A stretch of 64,000 bases of DNA, from the IMG/VR virus record IMGVR_UViG_3300030108_003057, positions 1 through 64,000 of that record; one strand, written 5' to 3'. Below the pieces are notes generated by a model. The model searched no databases. It worked only from the letters and a program-made list of their open reading frames with translations, and was not told the origin of the DNA. The position numbers were made by a program, and so were the translations under genes. The stretch comes from a virus. Positions 21,370-30,545 of the stretch are shown piece by piece (within the stretch, counting starts at the first letter, position 1; each line of letters begins with the position of its first letter).

Positions 21370-22136
21370 GTTTCCAACCTCGGTGCTCTTAATACTACAA
21401 TATTACTTGTTTTAAATAATATTGGGTTGTTGTTGTTTGTTGCTATCTTAAGTGTTCCTTTAAAAAATTTGTGAAATGGTCCAGTGTACTGTGTAGTAGC
21501 AAAATTAGATTGTTTATCTTCTGCTACTGTAATTGCTTCACTGTATACTTCTCTATCTTTTTCTGAACTAATTGTTAGTTTGTTTTCTCCTATATCTAAT
21601 TTATAAATACCACTACCAACACTTTCGCATAGTTTTGTTGCCTCTAAGAATTTCTTAGAGTCTAATTCTATAATAGAACTTAGTGTTGTTTTATCACTAA
21701 TAACCATGCCATCCTTTGTTTCAAAATTACCATGTAGTGTTTTGCTAACTCTTAATATAGCATCTACATGAGGATGACGGTCTAATGTTGGTATTGTAGC
21801 CGATGCCCCTGTATCGCGGGTAATAGTTAATAGATTAGTTTCTTCTGAATAATCTAATGAAATAACTGCTCCATTAAGAATATACTTTAGAAGTTTATCT
21901 GCTTCAACTGTTACTCTAGGAATAGTATCTCCAGTTGCGGCCATCTTATACCAAACAAAGGTTCCGCTGTTAGCATTATTTATATTTAAATTATTATTGC
22001 TACAACTTAATAAAATCTCATTACCTAAAGAATGATTTTTTATTCCCTGTCCAATCGCCCATTTTCCTTTACATAAAACGGTATTAATACCTTTTTTTAA
22101 ATCACTTGCTTTCACTCTTACCATTATATCACCCAA
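21366..22136 (-). CDS. PCNA-like DNA sliding clamp
   Basis: About 250 aa with two similar halves; 'IELDSKKFLEATK...IGENKLTISS...NPILFK...VLRAPR' matches the PCNA C-terminal pattern (yLAPk); PolB nearby has a PIP box. Confidence 0.7.
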   Translation of the reverse strand: MGDIMVRVKASDLKKGINTVLCKGKWAIGQGIKNHSLGNEILLSCSNNNLNINNANSGTFVWYKMAATGDTIPRVTVEADKLLKYILNGAVISLDYSEETNLLTITRDTGASATIPTLDRHPHVDAILRVSKTLHGNFETKDGMVISDKTTLSSIIELDSKKFLEATKLCESVGSGIYKLDIGENKLTISSEKDREVYSEAITVAEDKQSNFATTQYTGPFHKFFKGTLKIATNNNNPILFKTSNIVVLRAPRLET

Positions 22137-22176
22137 AGGGTTAAGCAGTTTTGTGACTTGCTTAGGTCTTTACAAA

Positions 22177-23091
22177 TTAAAGAGTTCCGTCTTTAACTTG
22201 TGGGAGTCCATGCCATGTAACATTTCCTCCATCATTTTCCATAACTAAGAATTTTTGTCCTACATTTTCTGCATTTGTTTTAGACTTCTTTACAGTAGCC
22301 CATAGTTTCAAAGATTTACCGCGTTCTTCACGGCTCATTTGAACATATTGATATAACTTTGCAGTTGTAGATTTTTCCCAATCCGGCTTTGTACCAACAA
22401 TCTCAAACCCATCATGAACTTCTTTCATGTGTGTAATAAAGAATTTATGGCATCTAAGTTGTAAAGCCGCATTAAATAATCTTTTATATTCTTCATTTCT
22501 TGCATACCACTGAGTAGGAACCATTTTAACTTTATCAGCCTGTCTTGGGTCACCACCCTTAATATGATTAAGTCTAGCAATCATATTTGTTGTATCTAAC
22601 CATGAATCAAGTCCATCAAAGATAATAGCCTTAACTGCTTCTACCTCAACAACCTCATCTTCATATTCGATTTTACCTGTTTCAATTGCTTCATTAACCA
22701 TAGCCATAAAGTATCGGGACATATCTGCGGTCTTTAGATAATCAATAGTCATATCCTCATTATATACATAAGGATTAAAAATAACTACCTTTTCATCACT
22801 AGACCAATGTTGCCTCCATGTTGGTTCAGCACCTTCATCGTAATCTAATACAAATATCCAGTGTGTATCAAGTTCTTCATCAGTTCTACAATCAAGACAT
22901 AAACCTGTTTTACCATCACCGGGATTCCCACTAACTCCACAAATTAAATGTGCTTGTTCTTGTTCTAATAAATTTCTACGTTGATTCATGGCTCGCATTT
23001 TTGCTGCCTTGAACGCACTTTCATTTAAATTATTATTGGCTTGTTGTAAAACAGAACCTGCTGCTTTACCACTTTTAGAACCAATACCCAT
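22177..23091 (-). CDS. RecA/RadA-like (Sak4/AAA_24-type) ATPase
   Basis: Walker A GNPGDGKT, LDYDEG, Walker B IIFDG, FITH. Confidence 0.75.
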   Translation of the reverse strand: MGIGSKSGKAAGSVLQQANNNLNESAFKAAKMRAMNQRRNLLEQEQAHLICGVSGNPGDGKTGLCLDCRTDEELDTHWIFVLDYDEGAEPTWRQHWSSDEKVVIFNPYVYNEDMTIDYLKTADMSRYFMAMVNEAIETGKIEYEDEVVEVEAVKAIIFDGLDSWLDTTNMIARLNHIKGGDPRQADKVKMVPTQWYARNEEYKRLFNAALQLRCHKFFITHMKEVHDGFEIVGTKPDWEKSTTAKLYQYVQMSREERGKSLKLWATVKKSKTNAENVGQKFLVMENDGGNVTWHGLPQVKDGTL

Positions 23092-23318
23092 TATTCCACC
23101 AACCTATGATGTTGAGCATATTGTTCCTTGATACTTTCTAAGTCTACTTTACTGACTTGACGAGTATACATTTTACCACTTGCTGTATGTAGTCGAAGCG
23201 AGAATTGACCTTTTTCATCATCTAACTCCTTCCATTCTAAACTTTCTACCTTTCCAAAATCAACTACTAACTGATTTAATTTTACTATCATTTTTTTCAC
23301 CTTGTTTATTATCACCAA
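23091..23318 (-). CDS. Small hypothetical protein
   Basis: Coupled ORF. Confidence 0.55.
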   Translation of the reverse strand: MVIINKVKKMIVKLNQLVVDFGKVESLEWKELDDEKGQFSLRLHTASGKMYTRQVSKVDLESIKEQYAQHHRLVE

Positions 23319-24571
23319 TAATCAATATCGTTTTCTTCGCTACTAATTTCTGGCACTTCCGCATTACCTAAAGCAACACGAGGATATACACCATAAAGAT
23401 TAATTGAAACTGGGTTCCATTCATCTTCTAGTACATTTCCATTTTCATCCTTTCTTTGTGTTTGGTTAGTTCTACCAACAATAATTACGTCGGAACCAAC
23501 ACCAAAGTCAATGGATAGATAAGATGGAATCCAAACTGGTGTAGAGTCTGGAACATCTTCACTTTCAAATCCGTAATTTGCATCAGCAGGTTCTACCCAC
23601 ATTGTTCTATTACCAGTCTTTTCATTAGCAGTTAGATTCATGCTACTAACAATACCATCTGTAACTACTAATTTCATTCCCGGTTCATTTCTAATTGAAT
23701 CATGGTAATTTTCAATTTCAAACAAATCTGCAATATATCCGCCCATATGTTCTACCAATAAGTCTTCCATTGATAGTCCTGCAACATCTACAAATTCGTC
23801 CCCGCTAGGGTCCATTACATCATTATAAGTTAAACCATCTAAAGTTTTACTACGAATACCATATATTGCATCTCTATCTTCATTAAATAATCCGAATAGG
23901 TGAACCCATCGGAATGTTTCACATGAAAAATTCTTTGCATCATCGTTCTTTAATCCAAGAGTCCAATACTGAAACTCTCCATCTTCTTTACGTCCAATAA
24001 AGTGTGCGCGTAATCTGTATTCTTCTGCTGGTAAAGGTTTACCATATCTTTTATTTACGTCACCGCTACCGAATGATTTAACATTATCTAGCGGTACAAT
24101 CCATGTATTTACATCATCTCCCTTTATTACTTCCATAGCAGAATTTGGTACTGATGGAATGTTCTTTGTTTGAACTTCACCATTTATCATCTGAGACTTT
24201 TCATATACGTCATCAGCAACTTCTCTAATTTCAGCAATATCACCATTGTTAAATACATCATTTGAATCAGCATTATATCGAGACATGATATTACGCCTTC
24301 TCCATTCTTGCACATCTCTAGCCTGTTCAATTCCTACAAAGAAACCGAACCCACTATTACCAAATGTGCTCTTATTTGTTGATGATTTGCCACGAATAGC
24401 ACCACGTACAAAATTACGCGTTAATGTTAGCGCAATCATACTAGAACGTGGTTGCTCCATGTCTAATCCGTTCTGTGTAGCAATTTCATTATATTTTGCT
24501 ACAATTTCTTCTTCGTTCATACTAACTCTATTTCCTAATGCTTTTAGTTCTTCTAAAATTCTTTCCTGCAT
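23312..24571 (-). CDS. RPA-like single-stranded DNA-binding protein (OB fold)
   Basis: Helical N-terminus typical of archaeal RPA (EEEIVAKYNEI), C-terminal OB-like 'VTDGIVS...DFGVGSDVIIVGRT...SINLYGVY', acidic tail ending in aromatic residues. Confidence 0.65.
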   Translation of the reverse strand: MQERILEELKALGNRVSMNEEEIVAKYNEIATQNGLDMEQPRSSMIALTLTRNFVRGAIRGKSSTNKSTFGNSGFGFFVGIEQARDVQEWRRRNIMSRYNADSNDVFNNGDIAEIREVADDVYEKSQMINGEVQTKNIPSVPNSAMEVIKGDDVNTWIVPLDNVKSFGSGDVNKRYGKPLPAEEYRLRAHFIGRKEDGEFQYWTLGLKNDDAKNFSCETFRWVHLFGLFNEDRDAIYGIRSKTLDGLTYNDVMDPSGDEFVDVAGLSMEDLLVEHMGGYIADLFEIENYHDSIRNEPGMKLVVTDGIVSSMNLTANEKTGNRTMWVEPADANYGFESEDVPDSTPVWIPSYLSIDFGVGSDVIIVGRTNQTQRKDENGNVLEDEWNPVSINLYGVYPRVALGNAEVPEISSEENDIDYW

Positions 24572-24721
24572 TTTTTCACTCCCTTATATTTAGGACGAGG
24601 TGGACTCGTCACTTGTTTTTACTAAGAAGCGGAGGCACTTAAACTGCACCGCCTATATCTTAGTGGTAATCTATAACATATTGTTATAGACTATTCTGTA
24701 TTTACTTACAGTTTGTTATAC

Positions 24722-24967
24722 TTATTCTTCTTCACCAACTGATAGTCTATACACTATACCATAACGACTCTTACGAATCGCTATATATTTTTTGTTCGCT
24801 TTCAAATAATGGCATATCTTTCTATGTTCTGGAACATAGATAGTTGACCTATTACCTGAATCGAACCATTTATTCATAATTGCGTCAAGCACTTGTCTTG
24901 CTGTTCTTTCTTCACCGTCTTCCATAATTAAATCTATATATCTTTCTGAGTGTTGTCTTCTACCCAT
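24722..24967 (-). CDS. Small winged-helix DNA-binding protein
   Basis: 'ERTARQVLD...YVPEHRKICHYLK...IVYRL' wHTH pattern. Confidence 0.55.
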   Translation of the reverse strand: MGRRQHSERYIDLIMEDGEERTARQVLDAIMNKWFDSGNRSTIYVPEHRKICHYLKANKKYIAIRKSRYGIVYRLSVGEEE

Positions 24968-25247
24968 TTAATCCCTTCTTTTATACAGGCTTCGTATGGT
25001 GTTAAATTATCATTATAATAATCTCTCCAAACTTTATATCTTATTGTTTTGAATGCTTGACTAGGTATATAACCCACCCATCTATTAAAATCAAATCCTT
25101 TATTTTTAGTTACATTAATTTTAATAAAATCAACTCCTTAAAATAAAGGTGGGTAGGAGGCTTGGTGCGATAGCCTGTATTTTTTTACCTTTATCCTCAC
25201 TACCCATTATTATTTTTAATACCATACTTATTATACTTTTTGGATTA

Positions 25248-25646
25248 TTACTCTTTAGCATTTCTAATCATCCACTTTAATTCTTCAATTCCGTCTTCGC
25301 TCTTATGAATATCCTTTCTAACTTCATCTAGAAAATCCTTTAATAATTTCCAGTGATGTTGATTACCTTTAGGGAAAATATCTGGTATTGTTTCCCATAA
25401 ATCTAACAAATTATAGAGAGACTCTCTTTTAGTTATCGCTAATACATTATATCCTTGATTTGTCTTCTGGATATTTGACTCGACTTTATGTTGAGTTAAA
25501 GTTGTTACTAACGCTTCTAAAAAATCTAACTTACCTCTAACTATAATTTGCGTCCTAATTATTGTTTTTCCTTCTCCACCATAAATGGCAGTAAATGGTT
25601 TTCCTAAACACATTAAAATTCCTTTCAATTCATCTTTTGTATACAT
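25248..25646 (-). CDS. Degenerate LAGLIDADG-like protein
   Basis: 'ELKGILMCLG' in place of the LAGLIDADG helix, 'DFLEAL', and C-terminal 'HKSEDGIEEL' like single-motif LAGLIDADG enzymes; the catalytic acidic residue appears absent. Confidence 0.45.
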   Translation of the reverse strand: MYTKDELKGILMCLGKPFTAIYGGEGKTIIRTQIIVRGKLDFLEALVTTLTQHKVESNIQKTNQGYNVLAITKRESLYNLLDLWETIPDIFPKGNQHHWKLLKDFLDEVRKDIHKSEDGIEELKWMIRNAKE

Positions 25647-25871
25647 TTATACACCGCCGTAATTTTCGGCTTGTTCTTCTACATGTTCATGATACTTTTC
25701 ATGACCTAGTAAAAATAGTCCTGCTTCTTTTTTATTACCTATAAAGGATTCTAAGCAGATAGGGCAGGTAACTTTAACCATTTCTGCTTCTAAAAATATA
25801 CCTATATCAGTAGCATAGGTAATTATGTCTCCTTCTTTGAAAATATTATCTGGCACTAAGTCATCCCACAT
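25647..25871 (-). CDS. C2H2-like zinc-finger protein
   Basis: CPIC...HEKYH. Confidence 0.55.
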   Translation of the reverse strand: MWDDLVPDNIFKEGDIITYATDIGIFLEAEMVKVTCPICLESFIGNKKEAGLFLLGHEKYHEHVEEQAENYGGV

Positions 25872-25897
25872 AGTATTTAAAAGATAGTTATAGTTAA

Positions 25898-26065
25898 TTA
25901 TAAATCCTCTCCTTTAATACTTATGTGGAACATATAATATTTTAATGCTATATCTATACAATCATAACAATAAGATTTTCCATCACCATGCATATTATGA
26001 AACATTGTTTCTTTAACTTCTTTACAAACAAAACATTGTCCTGAGTGCATTTGTGGTAACTTCAT
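25898..26065 (-). CDS. Small zinc-finger protein (not in ORF track, 55 aa)
   Basis: Hand translation MKLPQMHSGQCFVC...YCYDCID...; start overlaps the upstream stop. Confidence 0.5.
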   Translation of the reverse strand: MKLPQMHSGQCFVCKEVKETMFHNMHGDGKSYCYDCIDIALKYYMFHISIKGEDL

Positions 26066-26247
26066 TCTTCTTCACCCACAACAGCCCAATTTTTATAATG
26101 TCTGCTATTAATATTCATTATTTTACCATTTTCCCATCGAACTTTTGCTATTTCCATAGGCTGTCCTCTCATGTATATCCAAGTAACATCTACTACTGTT
26201 GCTAGTTTCCCTGTCTTATTATGTTTAATTCTATCTCCGACTATCAT
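26062..26247 (-). CDS. Small SH3/KOW-like protein
   Basis: VGDRIKH..TGKLATVVDV...KVRWENG. Confidence 0.5.
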   Translation of the reverse strand: MIVGDRIKHNKTGKLATVVDVTWIYMRGQPMEIAKVRWENGKIMNINSRHYKNWAVVGEEE

Positions 26248-26438
26248 TCCTCATCACCATCATTTGTTTCTTTATCAGATAACTTCCAATACTTTTTTAA
26301 CATTTCTCCTGTTCTAGTACCCCACCAACCGGGGTGGGTATTATACCATTCTAGGTTATGTTGTCTTAAAATTTCAACTTCCTCTTTTTGTCTACTTAAT
26401 ATTCTTTCGGGCGTTTTAATCTTCTTTTTCTTCACCAT
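26244..26438 (-). CDS. Hypothetical protein
   Basis: Coupled ORF. Confidence 0.5.
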   Translation of the reverse strand: MVKKKKIKTPERILSRQKEEVEILRQHNLEWYNTHPGWWGTRTGEMLKKYWKLSDKETNDGDEE

Positions 26439-26643
26439 TTAATTTTGCCTCCATATTTACTATTATAGTTTGCCATTGATACCAATTTATTTTATTATTA
26501 GGTGGTCCACCAAAGTAATCTGAGTTGAACCACATAAAATATGCTTCTTTTGTGCTACATTCACTACAAATGTTTGTAGAGTTATCAAATCTACTAAGAC
26601 CGTAGGTACTTTTTACTTCTTCATTACACAATGGACAAATCAA
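26416..26643 (-). CDS. Small zinc-finger protein
   Basis: CPLC...LSRFDNSTNICSEC. Confidence 0.6.
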   Translation of the reverse strand: MICPLCNEEVKSTYGLSRFDNSTNICSECSTKEAYFMWFNSDYFGGPPNNKINWYQWQTIIVNMEAKLNGEEKED

Positions 26644-28160
26644 TTAAGCATCTCCTTAACCGACTTAAACTCCGTCGGCGTTTCCTTATCAGTACGGAGT
26701 CTTATGAATCTTGGGAATCTAAGTCCAATATTACCATCCTTATCTGAGGTAATAATATCTGCATGTATTTCCATTATAGTATTATCATTATTATCATAAT
26801 ACTCATGAACTATATCTAAGTCTGTATCTGTAAATCCTGTACCAACAGAACCTATGCTGACTATTTCATTTTCTATCATTACTCCCAGTTCATATGAACC
26901 ATAAACTCCTGCTCTTTTACCTGTACCCATTGTTGCATCTAATACTATACAGTCTAAATCAACTAATGCGGGTTTATGCTTTAACCATGAACGCTTTCCG
27001 GGTTCATATATTTGGTTTGCCTTCTTTAGTACTAAACCTTCATAGCCTGCTTTAATAGCATTAGTATATTCTTTACGAATTGCTTCTTCCCCACTAACTA
27101 ACTTAGTTTCAGTAATATTAACATTAGGAAAATGCATTTGTAATGTTTCTAATCTAGTTCCATACCCAAACGAATAGGTATCTTGCCCGTTATATGTAAG
27201 AATATCAAAAACGATGGCTTTAATCGCTACACGATTTCTTACTGCTTCTGTCTTACCATGAATACGTGGCATTATTTCTTTAAATTCTAGAACATTACCT
27301 TCTTCATCTACTGGGACAATTTCCCCATCAAGAATAAACCAATCAAATTCATCGCCCCAAGATTCTACATTAAGGTCTGCAAACTTATCAGTTATATTAT
27401 CACCTTTTCTATTAAAAATCATTACAGAGCCATCTTGTGTTCTGTGAAACTGAGCGCGAATACCATCATACTTTACGTCAGCATAATATTCACCTTTCAA
27501 ACTTTTAGCAGTTTTTGCTAACTGAGGCTTAATATAACTTCCGGGTGTAGGTACTAGTAAATCTCCAACACCCCATCCGTCTGTAACTTTATCAATTATT
27601 GTGTCTAACTTATTAAACTTAATAGCAGTATTAAAGTCAGATGTTTTGATGCCATATTTTTTAGGTAAAGACTTCTTAGTTACATTTTCACCTGCACCGT
27701 TTCTAGTTTGATTTACAATAATCGCCGTAAACCACTTTCTTTCTAAGCCATTCATTCGTTGAAAATAGTCCATGAATACGCTTCTAGCATTTACTATGTC
27801 TGGTTGTGATAATACATCATTAAATATAGTAATGTCTAATCCTTCACTTTCGCTATTAATGGACCATTCATAAACAAATTCTGGAAATCCTCCGCAATCG
27901 TCCACTAGGTCATTCAAGCCAAAATCGTCCAATCCGTAGTAATTTGCTACATGATTTAATAGATTCTTTGGTCCTAAACCAGTTGAACTAAAGTGTCCAG
28001 TTAATGCTAAAAAGAAATTCTTCCAATCTTTTCCTATATCTTCATCAGCAACAATATTATTTATCATTTCTGTTGGGGTCATATTACAATATGATTCCAT
28101 TTTTTGAGCAAAATCACTCATCTTCATCTTCATCACCGCCCAAAGGTGGGTATGTATCAA
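26640..28160 (-). CDS. lig: ATP-dependent DNA ligase
   Basis: KYDGIRAQ (motif I), ILDGEI, FDIL, EGLVLK, WLKHK, LRFPRF. The true start may be slightly downstream (MKMKMSDF). Confidence 0.92.
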   Translation of the reverse strand: MIHTHLWAVMKMKMSDFAQKMESYCNMTPTEMINNIVADEDIGKDWKNFFLALTGHFSSTGLGPKNLLNHVANYYGLDDFGLNDLVDDCGGFPEFVYEWSINSESEGLDITIFNDVLSQPDIVNARSVFMDYFQRMNGLERKWFTAIIVNQTRNGAGENVTKKSLPKKYGIKTSDFNTAIKFNKLDTIIDKVTDGWGVGDLLVPTPGSYIKPQLAKTAKSLKGEYYADVKYDGIRAQFHRTQDGSVMIFNRKGDNITDKFADLNVESWGDEFDWFILDGEIVPVDEEGNVLEFKEIMPRIHGKTEAVRNRVAIKAIVFDILTYNGQDTYSFGYGTRLETLQMHFPNVNITETKLVSGEEAIRKEYTNAIKAGYEGLVLKKANQIYEPGKRSWLKHKPALVDLDCIVLDATMGTGKRAGVYGSYELGVMIENEIVSIGSVGTGFTDTDLDIVHEYYDNNDNTIMEIHADIITSDKDGNIGLRFPRFIRLRTDKETPTEFKSVKEMLN

Positions 28161-28359
28161 TAATAGTTAAGTATGCTAAATCAACATGACTTACATCTAT
28201 TCTTTCAAAATCTGTCTTAGAATATTCGACAGTCTTACTAATCAATAAACCCATCAGGTCCATTGTTCTATTTGCTATTCTTTCCCTAGCACTAGCCTTA
28301 ACTTGTCTATTAGGGATAACTTTCTTAATCATTCTTTTTACTTCTCTTTCGCTAACCAT
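28114..28359 (-). CDS. Archaeal histone-fold protein with acidic tail
   Basis: 'VKRMIK...RQVKASARERIA....L.....VEYSK...RIDVSHVDLA' parallels HMf-type 'RIIK..GAERVS..A...LA...A...GRKTIKAEDIELA'. Confidence 0.65.
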   Translation of the reverse strand: MVSEREVKRMIKKVIPNRQVKASARERIANRTMDLMGLLISKTVEYSKTDFERIDVSHVDLAYLTIIDTYPPLGGDEDEDE

Positions 28360-28724
28360 TTTTCCATCTCCTTTTTATTATAAAAATATTTTATTATTTT
28401 ATTACTTAAGTCAGTAATAATAAATACAACTCCCATTATACAATTTATTGATATTACCTGATACTTGCCAGACACTTTATATGTTTCAACTGAAGGACTT
28501 ATTCCTTTCAACCTACTACTTTCAAAAGATACTCTTTGAGCATTTTGTGTTATCCATTGTATAATATGTGGTTCTTGTACTTCAACCCATACATATCCAT
28601 CTAGTTCCAATTCTCCAGTTCGATTGCATACATTACATTCTTTACCATCACAGATTGGACATTTTATATACTGAACATTTACGGGAAATCTAACAGTATT
28701 TACTCTTCCTCCGATGTTAGACAT
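28338..28724 (-). CDS. Zinc-finger protein
   Basis: CPICDG.ECNVCNRTG. Confidence 0.55.
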   Translation of the reverse strand: MSNIGGRVNTVRFPVNVQYIKCPICDGKECNVCNRTGELELDGYVWVEVQEPHIIQWITQNAQRVSFESSRLKGISPSVETYKVSGKYQVISINCIMGVVFIITDLSNKIIKYFYNKKEMEKWLAKEK

Positions 28725-29173
28725 ATATCCTCAGTCCTCGATAAATACTCTTCACCTTCTTGTATATACCAACGCATTCTTTGGTTTTTACCAAGTACAA
28801 TTGCTTCATTAAGAATTGGTTTTTGAGTATTAATTGTCTTCCAATCAGTCCCACTAAAATAAGCATGACCAAATGGATGAGTATGAATCCAACACCTAAG
28901 AGGTAGTTTCATACCCTTTACTTTTTCATTTTTGTAGTCTACGAAACTTCCTGTCCCTTTACTAATAAATAAATTAAAGTCAGCGTCAACAATTACACTT
29001 ACCTCTAGTTCGGTAAGATATTCCGTTGATACTTCCCAAATCATATCTAAAAAGTACGGGTCATAAAAACTCGCGTCGCATAAATCAAAGGCTTCATTTA
29101 TTAAAGCCTTACACATATCCCAATCACAATTAGGGTGTACTATACCCCTATCCTTATATTCTAATTCTTCCAT
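28700..29173 (-). CDS. JAB/JAMM/MPN+ metalloprotease
   Basis: Upstream Glu (LEVSV) plus WIHTHP-x5-FS-x2-D, the JAMM ExnHxHx7Sx2D signature. Confidence 0.85.
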   Translation of the reverse strand: MEELEYKDRGIVHPNCDWDMCKALINEAFDLCDASFYDPYFLDMIWEVSTEYLTELEVSVIVDADFNLFISKGTGSFVDYKNEKVKGMKLPLRCWIHTHPFGHAYFSGTDWKTINTQKPILNEAIVLGKNQRMRWYIQEGEEYLSRTEDICLTSEEE

Positions 29174-29242
29174 TTATTCTTCCTCCTTATTATTTTCATA
29201 AAACTTAAACCCAAATTCTTCTAATGTTGTTTGTCTATACAT
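29174..29242 (-). CDS. 22-aa micro-ORF consisting of a PIP-box-like motif
   Basis: MYRQTTLEEFGFKFYENNKEEE; AGGTGG RBS upstream; stop abuts the JAB start codon. Confidence 0.55.
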   Translation of the reverse strand: MYRQTTLEEFGFKFYENNKEEE

Positions 29243-29243
29243 T

Positions 29244-29333
29244 CTACCACCTACATTGACTACATTCATGTTTACTTGATGTTAAATCTAAATGTAGATA
29301 AAATGCACATACTCCACATAGTCTTTCTTCCAT
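29244..29333 (-). CDS. 29-aa zinc-ribbon micro-protein
   Basis: MEERLCGVCAFYLHLDLTSSKHECSQCRW; GGGTGA RBS; fills the gap after the E1 gene. Confidence 0.55.
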   Translation of the reverse strand: MEERLCGVCAFYLHLDLTSSKHECSQCRW

Positions 29334-29337
29334 TTAA

Positions 29338-29910
29338 TCACCCATTATAAGTTGCGTGTTTCTTTACGTCTTCACCATTAAACCATCTTTGAGTCCATTG
29401 TGCTCCATATCCGGCTGCTACTACTTGCATAAAGTGAACACCAGAACTATCTCCTTCCCATGCGTTACCTTGGCAACTAAAAGAACCTTCTGGTCCAGCA
29501 GTAAATGATGAATATAATTCTGCTCTTTCTAATGAAGAAATCATAGCGGCATTTCTACCTTGTGCTCTTAAATCTAACCACTTTATTTTATCAGAACTAT
29601 ATAGTGTTCTTCTAATTGCTAGATTATCAGCACAACATATAACTAAATCATATCCTTTAACCTGCTTACTTGTTAATACCTTGTATGGTTGTGCCTTTAC
29701 TGAACTATATCTATCAGCCATAACATCAACCTTTAACTTTTCAATATCACCTTCATCAAAATTTTGATAGGTTATATTTTTAATCTCTACTACATCAGGG
29801 TCGTATACTGTAATATTATAGAGACCTGTCTTATCTAAAAGTGGAATAAGAAAACTTCCAATTCCACCTGCTCCAATTATCATAATCTTTCTTTTACTTT
29901 TCTTTCCCAT
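29338..29910 (-). CDS. E1/ThiF-family adenylyltransferase
   Basis: IIGAGGIGS, YDPDVVEIKNITYQ, DLVICCADN..IRR, WLDLR, candidate catalytic Cys in SFSCQ. Confidence 0.88.
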   Translation of the reverse strand: MGKKSKRKIMIIGAGGIGSFLIPLLDKTGLYNITVYDPDVVEIKNITYQNFDEGDIEKLKVDVMADRYSSVKAQPYKVLTSKQVKGYDLVICCADNLAIRRTLYSSDKIKWLDLRAQGRNAAMISSLERAELYSSFTAGPEGSFSCQGNAWEGDSSGVHFMQVVAAGYGAQWTQRWFNGEDVKKHATYNG

Positions 29911-30544
29911 TTCTAATCACCTTTAAATGTCTTTTCAAGCGAGGGAGACTAACTCCCATTTTTTCACAGACTTGTGCTTGAGTCAAATCTGAATACTCAT
30001 AAAGTATCGCTGCCATGATACTTCTTGTAATAGTATAATTACTACCTAAACTATCTAAGAATAACTTACCTTCCTCAGATAATTCTGTAATATCCGGCAA
30101 ACCAATACGGTAATTTTCTCTTCCAAAAATACCGACCTTATGATAATGTTGTTTAATTCTTTTATTTATTTTAAACATTTTATTTTTATTTACTCCCATA
30201 AATGCACATATCTTATGTATATTATATTCAGCATTTGATTGTGATAAGGTATAGTAAGTTACCGCGCAAAAAGCAGTAATTTCATCTACTCTATTAAATA
30301 CTAATGCAACTTTTAATGTATTATAATTTCTAATAATATCATTACGATAATTACGTAAATTAAATTCATTTAATAATATATCGAGAGGTGCAAAATCACG
30401 ATTTGCCGCAACTTGGTTTTCGTTCTTTTCCCCACGTATAGTTAATATTCGTGATACTGCAAGCAACCCACAATCCTCACATTCATGTAAGTTAATTTCA
30501 TGTATATATTTTAGATTAGTACTATTACAATTTTCGCATGGCAT
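29894..30544 (-). CDS. Transcription factor B (TFB/TFIIB) homolog
   Basis: N-terminal zinc ribbon CENC...ECEDCG, cyclin-like helices, C-terminal HTH 'LTQAQVCEKMGVS...LKR'. Confidence 0.72.
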   Translation of the reverse strand: MPCENCNSTNLKYIHEINLHECEDCGLLAVSRILTIRGEKNENQVAANRDFAPLDILLNEFNLRNYRNDIIRNYNTLKVALVFNRVDEITAFCAVTYYTLSQSNAEYNIHKICAFMGVNKNKMFKINKRIKQHYHKVGIFGRENYRIGLPDITELSEEGKLFLDSLGSNYTITRSIMAAILYEYSDLTQAQVCEKMGVSLPRLKRHLKVIRNGKEK

Positions 30545-30545
30545 T

